DNA from: Nymphaea colorata
Lineage: Eukaryota
Direction of reading: 5' to 3'
NCBI RefSeq assembly: GCF_008831285.2
Contig: NC_045138.2
Location: 31,930,001-31,994,000 of the forward strand
DNA length: 64,000 nt
How positions within the stretch are numbered: the stretch's first letter is position 1; each line of letters begins with the position of its first letter. A program made the position numbers and the translations under genes. The notes under the pieces are model-generated. The model worked only from the letters and a program-made list of their open reading frames with translations, was not told the origin of the DNA and ran no database searches. Shown here piece by piece: positions 1-13,847 of this stretch.

Positions 1-805
1 GAACCACAAGGAAGCCATGGTAAGAAAAGTCTAAAAAATAAAATTTTCCAGTTAATAATATCCTCCAAAATTTTAAAAATATATCCCAATATATCAACAT
101 TCTAGGGCCACCCAAATCCTAATAATATCACGATATATCTATTTGTCTCTGTGTGTGTCTCATAACGGAGGATCCTGCGGCCAATAAATCTTTCACTATT
201 CCCACCTAGAAAAATCATACTTCTGTTTTATCTTTTTTCTAAAACCAGCAATGAAGATATGTTTTTTGAGGTCTTTTGAGTCTTTGACCTACAAATGATT
301 CTTCATTAGATGCTTAATTAAACCATGGAATTACTACCTAAAGGGGAACCCCACTGCTAGGAAAAGCATTTCAAAAACAGAAGAGACGGAAGGTTGGGAA
401 AACTCATTTCTTGTTTGTGAGAAACTCATCTCACTTAGAATGGAAACTAGCTTCCCAAGATAACTTGCTTTTGCTTCATCATACAATTTTTCAATGTTCT
501 AATACTTTTCTTAAATAAATTTTGGTTTTTTATGATACTACATATGACATTGTATTTTTTTATTAACATTTACTTTTATTTAATTTTTTCATGTTTTTTC
601 TATTTATTTGGACTATTTATGCTGTTATTTTCACTTATGATCTATAATTGTTTTATAAACATATCTTGCTTCGCTCTTTCTTTCAGGCTTGTTTCCTTGT
701 TACCGCTTCCATGTATATATTTGATATTTTGGTAAATATGGTTTAAAGATTCGTATAGAACTTGTAAAAATTTGAATATCAACAGTCCTCTCACCCTCCA
801 CCACA

Positions 806-853
<48 letters not shown>

Positions 854-1170
854 TGTCTACACATTTAAAAAAGTTTATATACGAGTCTAAGTCATATCCT
901 AAGTTAATGACTATGGGGAGAACGTCCATACAATTAGTTTCTGGGAAGGTTCGAGACAGGTGGGACCACTCATTTGACATTCACAAGGTGCATCAACCCC
1001 CATTTCCTTCTCAGTCTTTTATCCAAGGGCAGTTTGAGAAAGAAGAGAAGCTCACATAACACGAACTTCAGCAGCTATACGGTAAAAAGAGCATGCTATG
1101 CAGCTAAACAGATCGCCAAAAGGTTAATGGTAGGGTCATACTAATTTGTGGCATAAAAGACAACACTTAC

Positions 1171-2362
1171 CACTTTAAAGAAAATTATTACGTCCATGTA
1201 CTGACTTTTCAGTGACCAGTATTGTCTCTGTGTAGTTGACATTTTCTTAAGAGCATCAGGAGGAATATGCAATGTCCTTTTGTCATAAAGAGGATCGCCT
1301 GGTCTTCTTCCGTTAGCATCCCTTATGGAAGAAGCGTTAAGCCATTCATACTTAGTACCAAAGTCTCCCTTTTCTTCTTTCTTCCCTTTTTCTTCGACCA
1401 TGGATTCTCTAGCGGGTTTTTGCCGTTTAAAAAAATCCGATGGATGGGAATTCAACATGTCCTTCGGCTTAGATTCATCTTGGATTCGCTTTAGGCGAGG
1501 AACAAAAGGTCGCGTAGATGGTGTTTCTGGACCTAAAGTATTAGGTTCGATTTCTACATGAGAAATAACACTGCCGCTGTTACCAAAGAAGCGAGAGGCA
1601 GCAGCTTTATGTAGATTGCTTGAAGGCTGCTCGATGGAACCTATATTCTTTTCCACTTTTGTGCCGGAGAGCTTGTGATAACTAACAGGTTGTACATTGG
1701 ACAAACTGCAAAACAGGAAGCACTAAAATCAGAGACAGCATATTTCAAATCTGGACTGCCTATACAAGCTTAGGCTTCAGAAGGATGCTGCACCAAAAGT
1801 TGATCATTAAACCCCTATGACAATTCTATGAGTATTTTCCTCCGATAACTCAATAAACCCTCTCACGAATCCATGTTGCAGTGATGAATAGTTGCTTTTA
1901 AACGTATGCATATTACTTCGATAAATAATAGCACCAAAAAAAATGAGGAAAAATGTTCGTCCCTTCAACCCTAGGCTTGTCGCTTGCATACCTCTCGGCA
2001 ACCGCATCTTCGCTACCGTCGTTGATGTGGAACTTCCTTATATCGTCCAAATCCCTGCGTGCCGTGGCCAGGCGCTCTGCCTTTTCCGGTGGAGTCTCGA
2101 TTCCCTCGATCTCCGCCAACTTGAAACCCTCCGCAACTAACCCCGACTGAGAGTGCGATCTGCCGCGTCGGTTCAGTATCTCCGTGTAAGAAGACCCGCC
2201 TGAGCATCGGTTCTCCGGCTGATGATTTCGAGCGAACACGACCTCTCGGCTACTCGCCGGTGGCTTCCCGGGGCACAACGGCGGGGCAGGCTTGCCGGAT
2301 TTAGGATTTTCCGGCGTGGCGTTCTTGTTGAAGAAGGAGAAGATCGTCTTCTGCCGGTGCAT
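1171..2362 (-). CDS. MSH7: DNA mismatch repair protein MSH7 (MutS-gamma subunit), 5' part only; exons 2362-1992 and 1705-1171, gene continues beyond the left edge
   Basis: N-terminal PIP box MHRQKTIFSFF, ETPPEK motif and start of MutS domain I (IRDANGRRPGDPLYDKRTLHIPPDALKKMS..QRQYW..KSQYMDVIIFFKV). GT/AG sites (donors 1991 and 1170, acceptor 1706) join the exons in frame. Next exon not found in the window. Confidence 0.92.
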
Positions 2363-2420
2363 TTTTTTCCCGCTGCTTCCTTCACTGGTCTCTTCGTTCT
2401 TCCCAATACGTTCTGCTTCG

Positions 2421-2446
2421 CATTATATACCCCTCGGCTTTGGCGC
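2421..2446 (-). promoter_or_regulatory. Putative MSH7 core promoter: TATA-like box (2421-2430) and E2F site TTTGGCGC (2439-2446)
   Basis: Exact match to E2F consensus TTTSSCGS about 80 bp upstream of the ATG, next to TATATAA on the minus strand. Confidence 0.55.
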
Positions 2447-4338
2447 GCTATTTTCTGTTTCGTTGCGTTCCCTCCAAAAATATATATATATATATCTAGA
2501 TACAAGGTAACGACGAGGTGCACGGAAAAAAGAAGCTCACGCCGAAAAATGCCCCCTGAAACACCTCTGGCCTCCATATTTAAATTCACGTGAACGTTGA
2601 ACGAAGAACTCCATCCAACCGACCATTGTTCTCCATTTTTCTTATCGACGTTTGGTATACCTAAATTTTATAATTAATTTACTAAAAGTTTAATAAATTC
2701 AATTATTAAAAAATTTAGGTATTTTATAGAATTAAAAAATTCAAACCTTAATTTCATTCCATTTTCAAAAAAATTGAGTTCAACCAAAATTCCAAACCAT
2801 CAAACTCTCATTTACTCACAACATCCATAATTGTGTCAATACTAGACGCATGATTGAACAAGTGGAGCCAAAAAAATTTGTTGGAAGAACACTTGCTTAA
2901 AAATACTCAAATCTAGTGATGCACCTGTATGTGCAAGAATAAATATTTAAAATTCTCATTTAAAATAAAAAACTTTTTAAGATAACTACCTTGCACGCAC
3001 GTACTTCAATAAAATTAGTTTTTCTCTGGTGATAAAGGTACATGGATGTAGATTGCTTGAAATTAGTTTTTGTCTAGATTGTTTGAAATCAGTTTTTATA
3101 TGATCAAAGTAAATGGATGTAGATTGTTTGCATGCTTTAACTTGTACGTGGTAGTTTTGAACTGATAAAGGTAAGTGGATGTGGATCAAATTTGAATCCA
3201 AACTTCTAAATGCCATGATCGTTTGATTTGCTCGAACACATGATTCTTAAGAATTGAGATCCATTAATTTAACATTGTTTCGTTCCTCCTCCTAATAATA
3301 GATTATGAATTTTATAGGGTTTCAAATAGAGACTGTATGTCTGGCATAAGGTTCTTAGTTGTATGAAGCATGAAATTTATTGTGGGTCTTTTGTTTCTAT
3401 AACAAAAGCACGCTACTTTAGAACCATAAATCTACAATTCTAAGTAATCAAACATTCTCTGAACCAAATGAATCGAATTTCAAATGGGAGACTTGATAAT
3501 TGTCCCAAGTCAATTGTATGAAGAGCCCGAATCCGTCTTTTACGTTAAAATCTAAATCCAAATTTTGAATTGAATTTGGCCTCTTATCAAAACGTCAGAG
3601 ATTAAGATATAAAACCAACCAGATGTCGTTTCTTAAATCCGAATCAAATCCAAATTTTTGATTGGATTTTTTTAATGTATGTTTTATTTTTTAATAGTTT
3701 GGTCAAATATCGATCCAAATCGCATGTATTTACATCCCTAATTGCCATGTGCGTTAGGTTGCTCTAGATGCCAATTATGTCTACAATGCACCTGCACTAT
3801 GGTTTGTACGAATTATGTGGGTTGTTTCCTTAAGATGGCATCGGCACATCACCTTTTACCGTCAATGTTTAATTGTTGACTGGTTTAGAGATGTTGGTAG
3901 ACTAGATTCAAATTAGATATGCTATTTGCCATATATGATTTTCAATGTCTATATATTCACACTTGAATGCGAATGAACAAAAATCCGCATAATATATGAA
4001 CGCGAATTCACATTTTGTAATATGATCCAAAGATGACTTTTAGGCTAACATCCAAATATAAATCCAACTTTTAAAGCAAATTTAAGGTACAAATTTTAAA
4101 ATGTATGGACATTAGTTATAATACACTTATCTAAAACTACATTCGTTCCGAATTTGAGTTTCATCAAGTATTTACTTAAACCCGAATCTCAATTCAATAC
4201 TTATCGGATATTAAATTGATAACCCGACCTCGGACTTTCGAGCGGGTGGAATTCCACCTGCTCCCATTATGCGTTAAACGGGGTGAAATTCACACCGTTT
4301 GATGCAATTTTCGTGCGGGCGCCCGTACCATTTTTTGG

Positions 4339-4401
4339 GAAAGAAAGGGTTTCACCCTTGCAATCAAACGAAAGAAAGGGTTTCACCCTTGCAATCAAAC
4401 G
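4339..4401. repeat. 31-bp perfect tandem duplication
   Basis: GAAAGAAAGGGTTTCACCCTTGCAATCAAAC occurs twice back to back. Confidence 0.9.
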
Positions 4402-5632
4402 CCCCCTTAAAAATGTTCAGTCGAATATCAGATTTAAATCAAAATTACTGACATCCGTAGATAAGTTATAATTTTGCCTTTAAAAGCATATAATTTACTT
4501 GTAAGATATAAAATACGATGAATATATCAAAATGAACTAAAACGATTGTCCTTTAACATTAGAACAAAACTCAAGCATTTCCATTCAGTTTTTGAGCGAT
4601 CCAAACCCACATGCATTTGGATTCGAACTATGAGGATCAACTCCCTTTTACAATCACATTGATGAGACTGGTTCGGAATGAGGTCGATAATGGAAGCACC
4701 CCGTCCGTTGAGTCTGTCGGCTCTCGCTCGCCTATCTGCGTTCATCACTTGTAAAAAGACAAAAACGTCATCTATCCAATCTCTCTTGCTTTCCGTCAGT
4801 TGTTGTCTTCATGAATGATCTTCAGTGGTACCTTAGTCATTTTATATAAAAATCTATTGAGGTTTGGTTGTCTACGGGGAGCCCTCATTTAACACCTCTC
4901 CGTCTCTCTGTGGAATCGTGGATTGATCAGCAGGGCCATCTCGCTGGAAGAGGGAATGGAGAGTTTGCGGATGCTCGATTGAAGGAGCAGTAGGTATTTC
5001 TTTTGTTGATTTATTATTAAAAAGTATGGATTAGAAGTTGAGCTTCCTTGTTTGGTTTGGATTTCTTCCTCTTCACATGTTTCCTTACTGCTGTTCGTAT
5101 TTGTTCGAATTCATGTTATCCTTCACCCTGAAGTCTTCCTTTTAGCCATAGTATTGAAATTAGTGTCTTCGGACGGGGTTTCTTCGGTTTCGGAAACCGT
5201 CCCCTCTTCTGTTCTAGGGTTTTTCTGCACTACCCACTTAAAAATTCTAAGAATTAATGGCATCTCGAATCGTATTAGCAAGTGCACGAGCAAGGAAATA
5301 CGAGCAAGGAAATGGAAGAGAAATGAAGATATACTATACCGGTGGTTGCAGTGCTTGGATTTTGTCCAGTACGAGGTAGCTTCCATGTGGACGTTCTTAG
5401 GCTTTAACTGTTTTGATGCGCCAATTATCACACGAATTCTGAGTATTATAGTCTTTAACTCGGTTCCTAGAGATGGAAAAAAATTGTTTATTTTATTCGA
5501 TACCGCTGGTTGTTGTGTTCTTAGTCGCTTCAGAATGGTCATTTTTAGTTCCTTTTGGGTTTGCAGAATTTGGTGCCTACTGCCTATACACTTCCTTTGT
5601 GGGTTTCAGGTTACATTTTGTTGTTAGATGCA

Positions 5633-8051
5633 ATGGACTGTGGTATGGATGTCGCGTATGGAATGGGTGAGGACGAAGAAATGGAGGACAATTCCAGTGG
5701 AAGTGATCATCAGATTGGTGGGGATGACTATCAAGGAGGGAATTCGGGTGGAAGGGACCCTCGTGGGAACTGGGACGACGAGACGGAGGTGAACTCTGGT
5801 GGAGGGGACTTAAGCACATCTGAGGGGTCTGCAATTCTTGAGCCATACGAGGGTATGGAGTTTGATTCAGAGGAGGCAGCGAAGAAGTTCTATAATGCAT
5901 ATGCTAGGCGTATGGGCTTTAGCGTTCGTATTGGCTCCACCAGTCGGTCCGTTCAGGACAGGTCGATAATTGGTCGTTATTTTGTTTGCTCCAAGGAGGG
6001 GTTTCGGCAAAAAAAAGCTGGGGATGATGAAGACAAGGTCTTGAAGCGGAAACGTCTGATTACTAGGGAGGGTTGTAAGGCAAAGTTGGCAGTGAGAAAG
6101 AATAGTATTGGAAAGTGGATTGTTAGGATATTCATAAAGGAACACAACCACGCGATGATGACTCCAAGCACAGTTCAGTACCTTCGTTCGCATAAGAGAT
6201 TGTCAAGTGCTGCACAAAGCTTGAATGATACCCAAATGGCTGTTGGTGTTCGAGCCAACCTTATGATGTCCTTTTTAAGACTGGAAGCGGGTCGGAGTAG
6301 CAACGTTGGGTTCATTGAACGAGATTGCAAGAATTACGTTACTACTGTCAGACAAAGGACATTGGGCAAGGGCGATGCACAAGCCGTGCTTGACTATTTC
6401 AAGAGAATGCAGGCCAGGAATCCGACATTCTTTTATGCTATTCAAGTTGATGAGGAAGAGCATATGACTAATTTCTTTTGGGTTGATGGTAGGTCAAGGA
6501 TGGCCTATGATCACTTTGGTGATGTCGTTACATTTGATACAACGTACAAGACAAACAAATATAAGATGCCATTTGCTCCGTTTGCAGGGCTTAACCACCA
6601 CAGGCAGACCGTATTATTTGGTTGTGCGTTGCTTTTAGATGAGAGTGAATCATCTTTTGTTTGGCTGTTCACCACATGGCTTGAGGCAATGTGTGGACGT
6701 CACCCTACTGCAATCATAACAAATCAAGATCCAGCCATTGAAGCGGCTCTAGCACGTGTATTCCCTAACTCTCGTCATCGCTTGTGCATGTGGCACATTT
6801 TGAGGAAAGTCCCAGAGAAATTGTCTCATGTTTATCATGCACATAAGAGCTTTAAGGATGAATTTTATAGGTGCATCCACAACACTGAAACAATTGATGA
6901 GTTTGAGGAGTCTTGGGGATTTCTTGTTGATAGGTACGACTTAAGGGAGCATGAGTGGATTCAGTCTCTTTATGATATTCGTCATCGATGGGTACCTGTT
7001 TACTTTAGGAATACCTTTTTTGCAGACATGAATACAACACAAAGAATTATTTTGTTTTTTCATGGCTTCCTAAATTCAAATACAAGTTTGCAAGAGTTTG
7101 TTATGCAGTATGCCAAGGCAGTTGAGAGTCGATATGAAAAGGAAATGCACTCAGACTTTGAAACAAATTATATGCAACCAATCCTTAAGACTCAGTGCCC
7201 TATGGAGGAAGAAGCAGCAAGGATATATACGAGAACCATGTTCCTAAAATTTCAAGAGGAATTGGTTGAAAGTCTTGCTTACATCGTTGAGGAGAAAGAG
7301 ACTGATGGCGTGAGAATTGCATTCAGAGTCACAAGATATGATCAAGAGAAGAGAGAGCACATAGTTAGGTTAGATGCGGCTAAACAAAGGGCTACTTGCA
7401 CCTGCCAAATGTTTGAATCTTCTGGTATTCTGTGTAAACATGTATTGATTGTTTTTAGGATGAATAATATTTTGACACTTCCACCCCATTATATACTGAA
7501 GCGGTTCACAAAGAATGCCAAGAGTGATGTTGTGGTGGATGGAAGTGGAATTGAAATTCAGCGTGATAATAAAGAGTTTCTTGCTCAGAGATATACAGAT
7601 CTTTGTCAAAGAGCAATCAAGCTTGTTGAAGATGGGATGGCATCTGTGGAATCCTATCGCATGGCAATACTTGCTTTGGATAAAGCGTTTGAAGACATTG
7701 GTGGAGGGAATAAAGCCCCTGTTGCTGTAACTGATCCACCTGAAACCTCTCAAACTGAAAAAGGAAGTGAAGCCAGCAAGCCAATTTATCAAACACCAGC
7801 AAATGACAGTCAGCCTAAGGCAGGGAGCTTTCAAAAGATGCGAAAGTCTCCAGTAAATGCTCCCAGTGTCGTTGGATTTCTTCAACCAGGTCTGCTCACT
7901 ATTTTCTTTCAGCCTCGTTGCTGTGGAGCTTTTATCCTTACATGATTTTATTGCTGATGTTACAGTTGGCAACGGGATAAATGGCAGGCACTGGCATGGT
8001 TCATTAGGCAGTGAAGGACCAAGATTGTCAATTGGAATTCCAACAATGTAA
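5633..8051 (+). CDS. FRS: FAR1-RELATED SEQUENCE (FRS) transcription factor; main exon 5633-7889, probable 76-nt intron 7890-7965, last exon 7966-8051
   Basis: FAR1 zinc-ribbon (EPYEGMEFDSEEAAKKFY..FVCSKEG..TREGCKA..EHNH), MULE core (FGDVVTFDTTY..HRLCMWHI) and SWIM finger (CTCQMFESSGILCKH). First ATG at 5633. Splice CAG|GT..TTACAG gives an in-frame last exon. Probable 5'UTR intron starting at 4994. Confidence 0.93.
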
Positions 8052-9995
8052 CAAACCACTTTTACGACCAATTATTGTCATGTTCAATCCTGTCATAAGT
8101 TTTGTAGCCATGATCCTAACGTTGACATGTTTCACAGAGGCGTTTCTCAAGTTTCTCGCTAGAAGGAAATCATGAACGAGATTCGTCTGTGTAAGCTTCT
8201 TTCGCAAACCTTGCATTTTGTGTGCCTGATAAATCTTGCCATTAGGTCTCAGATTTAGTGAATGAACTCCATTTCTGGTTGTCTCAAATACAATTCAGAT
8301 CACCGTGGATGATTGAGTTTTGGTAGTACCTTTCCTTTCCATAAAGGACTCAAACTTGTTTCAGTAACTTGTATACTAGCTTCCCATGCCCAAAAGAAAA
8401 AGTGCTGTTTTTTACCATTGCTCAATGTTTATGTTCTAAGATTGTCATCTGGTTGTGCCTTTGGTCTGGATCATAGCCAAGACCTGTTGTGTTCAGATTT
8501 GTAATTACATTGGATGTCTTAAATACTAGTATATTGTATGAAATACTGTCGGTGTACTCCTGTCATCATCATAATCATGAAACAGTACATGATAATGAGA
8601 ACTATGTCACGTCTCATTGCCTGGGCATGTTGTCTTTAATCACCCCTTTCTTCTCCTTCTCTAATTCTTTTTCCAGGGAAACATTGTGGTGGATAAAGTA
8701 CAACGTCTAACAATATGTACCTACACATGCACACGCCTGCTGTCATTTTCTGGTTGCAATGCTAGTTGGTTGTTTTGCTGTCATGTAGAAAATTCTGGCA
8801 TGAATAAGGCCTTTCCCTTTTTTTTTCTCCTTGTACCAAAACTAGAAGGTACCTGTATCATACATGCCTGGCTTGGACTTCGGATTCCTTATCTTAGTTA
8901 TGTTTATGCCTGTGGCAGCATTTTCCTGGAGTTCGGATCAGCTCAGGTGATGACGTTGCTGAGGTGTTACTCTTCGAAACAGAAGGCACGGTGACATCTT
9001 CCTTTCCTCTTCCCTTTGTGTTAATTTTTTTTTTGTTATATTTGTGTTTGTGTTCATTTAGTAACTCATTAATAAATCAATAACTGAAGTGAACTCACTG
9101 GAACAGGATTAGTTAGCATCTTACCGCTGTTTTTGTAACAATTCCAGAATGAGGAGATTCCTGGCCAAGAATTGCTCACAAGCAAATTAACCAAGGAGAC
9201 ACATCTACTCCATCGAAATTTGACATCTAAGATTGGTCTCGTTGAACTTTTTTTTTTTTTTGTACATACCCCAGTGTTGTGTAAGGGCATCTGGCTTGTG
9301 AATATGGTCCCTTGTATCAATAATTGTATATCTTCTTATAGTTTTCATCTCTACTATTGGAATGAAGAAAAAAGGAAATAGAAAGTGATTGCTTTGAAAT
9401 TGTCTACTCGTACTGGCCAAGGGATCAATTTTGTAAACATCCATATCAGTACTGTATCAGTTTGTTCACCTGTACAACATATCTGCCAATACGCATCCCT
9501 CCGTATTGGCCGCTACGATCTTATTTTTTCGATTCTTGAGTTTAAAATAATTTAAAGTACTAAAACAAACCCGTGTCAGCCTGTATCGTGTCAGCAAGAA
9601 AGCTTCAATATGGAGAGATGTTGATAACACTGCAAGGGATGTTGCTTCCGAATGTCACATTATTGTAACCGTGGTGGTTTTGGGAAGGGACGTGCTCGGT
9701 GTGAAGGATGCATGTACTCCGTAGCCTTGACTGTGTTTATGGAACCATAAAAGAGATTCCCCAACAACCGTTTTTCCTCGAAAGCCTTTTGGCTTATTTC
9801 TTTTCTGTGAGTCTGATCAGTCGCCCGTTTCTTGGATGCTGCATATCACCCATGTTGAGGAGCCATACTAATTTTCTTTATGTCATTGTGATTGCAGTCA
9901 ACACTGAAGATTCGCAAAGCAATTGATTCAGAGTCAGTTGGAAATTTTTGCTTAGGCTGGTGAAAGGTATAGCGCCTGCGGCGTCTACTTGTTCG

Positions 9996-10123
9996 TTTGC
10001 TCCCATCAAACATGGAAGTGTTTCCTTTTGGATGGTTGCTACGTTAGTTATACGGTAGCTGTCTTGTCTACTTCTTTGTTTGCTTCCCGTCAAACATGGA
10101 AGTGTTTCCTTTTGGATGGCTGC
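9996..10123. repeat. Interrupted direct repeat, ~44 bp x2
   Basis: TTTGCT(T)CCC.TCAAACATGGAAGTGTTTCCTTTTGGATGG.TGC at about 9996 and 10079. Confidence 0.75.
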
Positions 10124-11754
10124 AAAAGTTAGTTCTACCGCAGGTGTCTTGTGGTATGAAAGGATCATGGCCTGATGTTTCTTGAAATAAACTCGGGGAA
10201 CATAGTTCAGGTGAGTGGAAGCTGCTCGCAGAAGGGCTAAAGCCCTCCCCCTGTTAGGGTTAGGACCCGAGTGAAATACTCATCAACAAGAGTGTTGCAG
10301 TCACCTTTTGCAGTCTAGAGAAATAAAGGTCATAAGACTAATGATCGAACTCTTATTGGTCCACCAGCCCAACTATGCTTTGCAAGGCCAGTGAACATGG
10401 TTGAGCCGACAAAATTTTTAGAAAGTTACGAGTTATGGAATGTTGATACTGTTAAAATTTTTTCACGGTAGAGAAGAAATTAATGAACATCACATTGTAG
10501 CGTATGGTAACATGATTTGAAATCGATAAGGATCGCATGTATAGTAACATGGTTTCGTGATGATATGAGAGATACCACAGCTGGAACCATCTCTTTCACA
10601 GCACATTCTAGCAATTGCATTTCTTAGGCAACGTGCGTCCACGGCTCACAGCTATCTCTAATTTGGTGGTACTGAACATCGCCACTGCTTTTTACTACCC
10701 ATAGGGTGCCAAAGGTTAACAAAAAAACAAAATGAGACGAGAGTGAAAGACGAAGTTCAGAAGAAGGATGGAAGCCAGAGTGTCCTCTTGCGAAATATTA
10801 CTCGATGTATTAGTGATAGTGCAGCAGGCTTTTTCAGCATGATTTCCAGGAGCCTATACCCACAAAACTGTAGCTCTTGACAAGGCTCCTCTTCAAAGGC
10901 AGGATGAGGTTTAAAGCTCTCGATGAAGAGAATCCCGCTGGATTTCATGGCCGCATTGAGCATCGAGAAACATGAAGAACAGCGTGGAGCTGCTGGCCAA
11001 GGATCAGTCTTCTGGGTTTATTGTAGATCCGATGTATGAAAGAGGTTTTGTGCCTTCTTTCTAGCGCTGTTTGGTGATCCCTTCTTTGTGTTGGCTTCAC
11101 AATTTTGTCTCATCTTTCCTGTTTCTTAACAGTGAAAGAGGCAGACTACTAATTAAAATTTTATTTTGTCTCATTAATTAAACATATTAATGAGCCTTTT
11201 AAAGATGGTAAAAACTCAAAGGCTAAAAAACCCTCTCTCTTTCTCCCAATTGAAAGAAGAATATCTTCCAATGAAATAAGGCCAAAGCTAAGAGAGAGGG
11301 ATTGGGTAGTCCTTTATGTAGTTACCCATTTTTTCATCACAACTCAAGATTTAATTCTCTTTATGGTAAATAAACAGTACAGACACTAACACTTTATTGA
11401 GATCTGCCCATGTGGATGGGTCCTCAGACATCATGTCTTATATAATGCAAACTTGTCATGTGGAGGATTCTCTGGTAATTAATACCATCATTAAGCTTCG
11501 GTCCTCACTACCCATCTCTCGAAAATCTGAAAAATTTCTTTTAAGAGTTTCAACTTTTCATAAAAGAGGACCACAGACTAAACGTCTGCGTGCATTTATA
11601 ACACTCCATGGGAGTTTATTTATCATACAGAACAAGTAGAAAGAAGCTGAAGCCTATCAGGCTCAAAGGCCCAACAGAGATGGTGGAGTTGCATGGATGG
11701 ATAACTCCACAGATTATAAAAGAAGTATCCCCACTACAATTTGCCGCTTCATCT

Positions 11755-13014
11755 TCAGGCTTGGATATCTTTGAAGGAGTTCTTCCTTGCAGATGCCAAC
11801 ACCGTCTTGTCTGCAACAATGAAGTAGGCAGCACCAGCCACTGCAATCACACCCAACAGATCAATCTCACCCTTTATTTATTTTCTGTTAAGTAACATAA
11901 GATCCAATTTTGCAAATGGAATAGTTCAGGAATCTGCCCCCAAAATTTGTAATTATTTATAGAAGATTTTAGAAGGTGTTCTATGAATCTGTCCCATTCT
12001 TTGGACCATATCCACGGAACAGTTACCTATTCTTCCGTTTGCCAGACGGACACTTAGAAGTTAAACAGCTATCCTTAATGTTGTTCATGACATTATATTT
12101 CATCATCAACACAGCAAAGTCACTTGATCAACGTGTGCAAGTGATCCACGTTACCGAGTGAGATATGCTGTGGAGATTAAATATGAACATGAGTGGCCAT
12201 ATATACAGCTTGATGATATTAATTGTGAGATGCTCTACTTCTGCATCACAAGACAGACTGACAGCCTGATGGCATGCATGTGAAGAGCAGAAGGCCAATC
12301 TTTGGAGCATGTTATCACCCTGATCCAGCAGAACACCGGAGTAATTCACCAGTATCGCCGGAGAAAGAAAATGAGACGTTCAGAATTACCAGTAGAAATG
12401 ACGAGGGCTTGTGCTGTGGGGTTAAGGTTGTACTTTGCCCATTGCAGCGTTCTCACACAGGCAAACTGCAACACCAACCAAACATCAGAGAAGCAATAAG
12501 CACAGAGAGAGAGAGAGAGAGCGACAGAGAGAAAAGGGAGAAAGAGAGAATGGTGATCGCTTACAGTAGGTATTGCTGTGGCAATGCTTGCTACAACTGC
12601 TGCTTTGGCTCCGGCAACCACTCCCTCTGACGAATATCAAAAGAAAAATCAGTCATTCTTCGCTAACAACTAATCTGGCAAACAATTGGGACAATTGAAT
12701 GGTTGCAGACGAATCTGATCTCAACCACTTTTATTTTCTGTTTTTTTTTTGGGTCTCAAGTTGTTGCTTGCTTCCCACATCAAACTTTGGAGCAAAAATT
12801 ATTTACAAGATAGATTCAAGGTTAAAGGCAAAACCAAACAGAATTTGTACGTCTAACTTTCAACATCAAGCAGCAAAATGCTATTCTTATATATACCATG
12901 AGCGTAGCGTTTAGCCATGGAAATCTTATGATCAAAAGGGCTCAACCCTTTCATCTCCAATGGGGAGGAAACCACGTTTTGTGCGCTCGACATGGCAGAT
13001 GTCTCAGAAGCCAT
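11755..13014 (-). CDS. ENOD93: Early nodulin-93 family protein, 113 aa; exons 13014-12897, 12626-12565, 12465-12390, 11840-11755
   Basis: Spliced translation MASETSAM...DHKISMAKRYAHEGVVAGAKAAVVASIATAIPTFACVRTLQWAKYNLNPTAQALVISTVAGAAYFIVADKTVLASARKNSFKDIQA* matches the ENOD93 signature. All introns are GT-AG with consistent phases. Confidence 0.95.
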
Positions 13015-13135
13015 TGTCAATGAGCAGAAAGAGATACTAAAAGAGAGGAACAAGCTCTTAAAAGATTTAGAGGTAGAGAGGAAATAGGAGTTCAAAGCAG
13101 GATGAAGAGGTAGGATGGAAGAAGCCCAAGCGGCC

Positions 13136-13146
13136 TCTATTTATAT
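13136..13146 (-). promoter_or_regulatory. TATA box of ENOD93
   Basis: TATAAATAG on the minus strand about 125 bp upstream of the ATG, followed by a CT-rich 5'UTR. Confidence 0.7.
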
Positions 13147-13847
13147 GGGCACCATAGGGACTGTTGGTGATCAACTATCCCATTGTTTTGGGGGAAATCC
13201 AGGGGTCCGCCCCTAGTCAGCTGTTTCTCCTGCTTCCTTGGTTGGTGGCCCATTTTTTAACTCTAAATCTTTTATCAATCCCATTCCCATCAATATTTTG
13301 TACAGGAGACTTTCATTTTAGGGACACATTTCTCTTCTACTTGAGAAGAAGGGCTTTACATTCTTAAAATTTTGAAGTAAGAGAAAACAACAAAAATAAC
13401 AATTATATATCGTTTAATGAGATGGAGTGTACCCAAAAGATTCGGTCCGCAGACTCAAGTGTCTTTTTGTTCGCCAAGGCCATACTGGCTCCTACAAACG
13501 AAGCTGGTTATACAGGCAGACTTAGTGTATGAAATTTTATGCGCTATTTTTAACAAGACAAAAAGTGCTTATGATTAATACAAGAAGAAACTTTTTTGTA
13601 AGGACAAAAAATAAAACCATTAAAAGAAAATTTGAATATTTGATACCAGGTAAAATTTGTCGGCCGTATATACATATCTATGATCAATATATCTCTTTAA
13701 GTAGTAAAAAAATGTTTTTTTGTTTGTCTTGCTCATAATTTTATTTCATTATCTATTAAATATTTTTATTGTTTCATAAACATTATTTCATAAATATTTT
13801 ACTATTTCATCAGCTGCTAGTCTCTAACATTAACTTGGAAGCCAAGT

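Noticed and set aside
5052..5627. 191-aa plus-strand and 139-aa minus-strand ORFs upstream of FRS
   Set aside because: Lie within the T-rich probable 5'UTR intron; low-complexity translations.
7370..8071. 233-aa antisense ORF over the FRS 3' end
   Set aside because: Shadow of the coding strand with no recognisable domain.
10757..11000. Coding-like purine-rich stretch between FRS and ENOD93
   Set aside because: Stops in all plausible frames and no motif I can recognise; may be a decayed fragment but unsupported.
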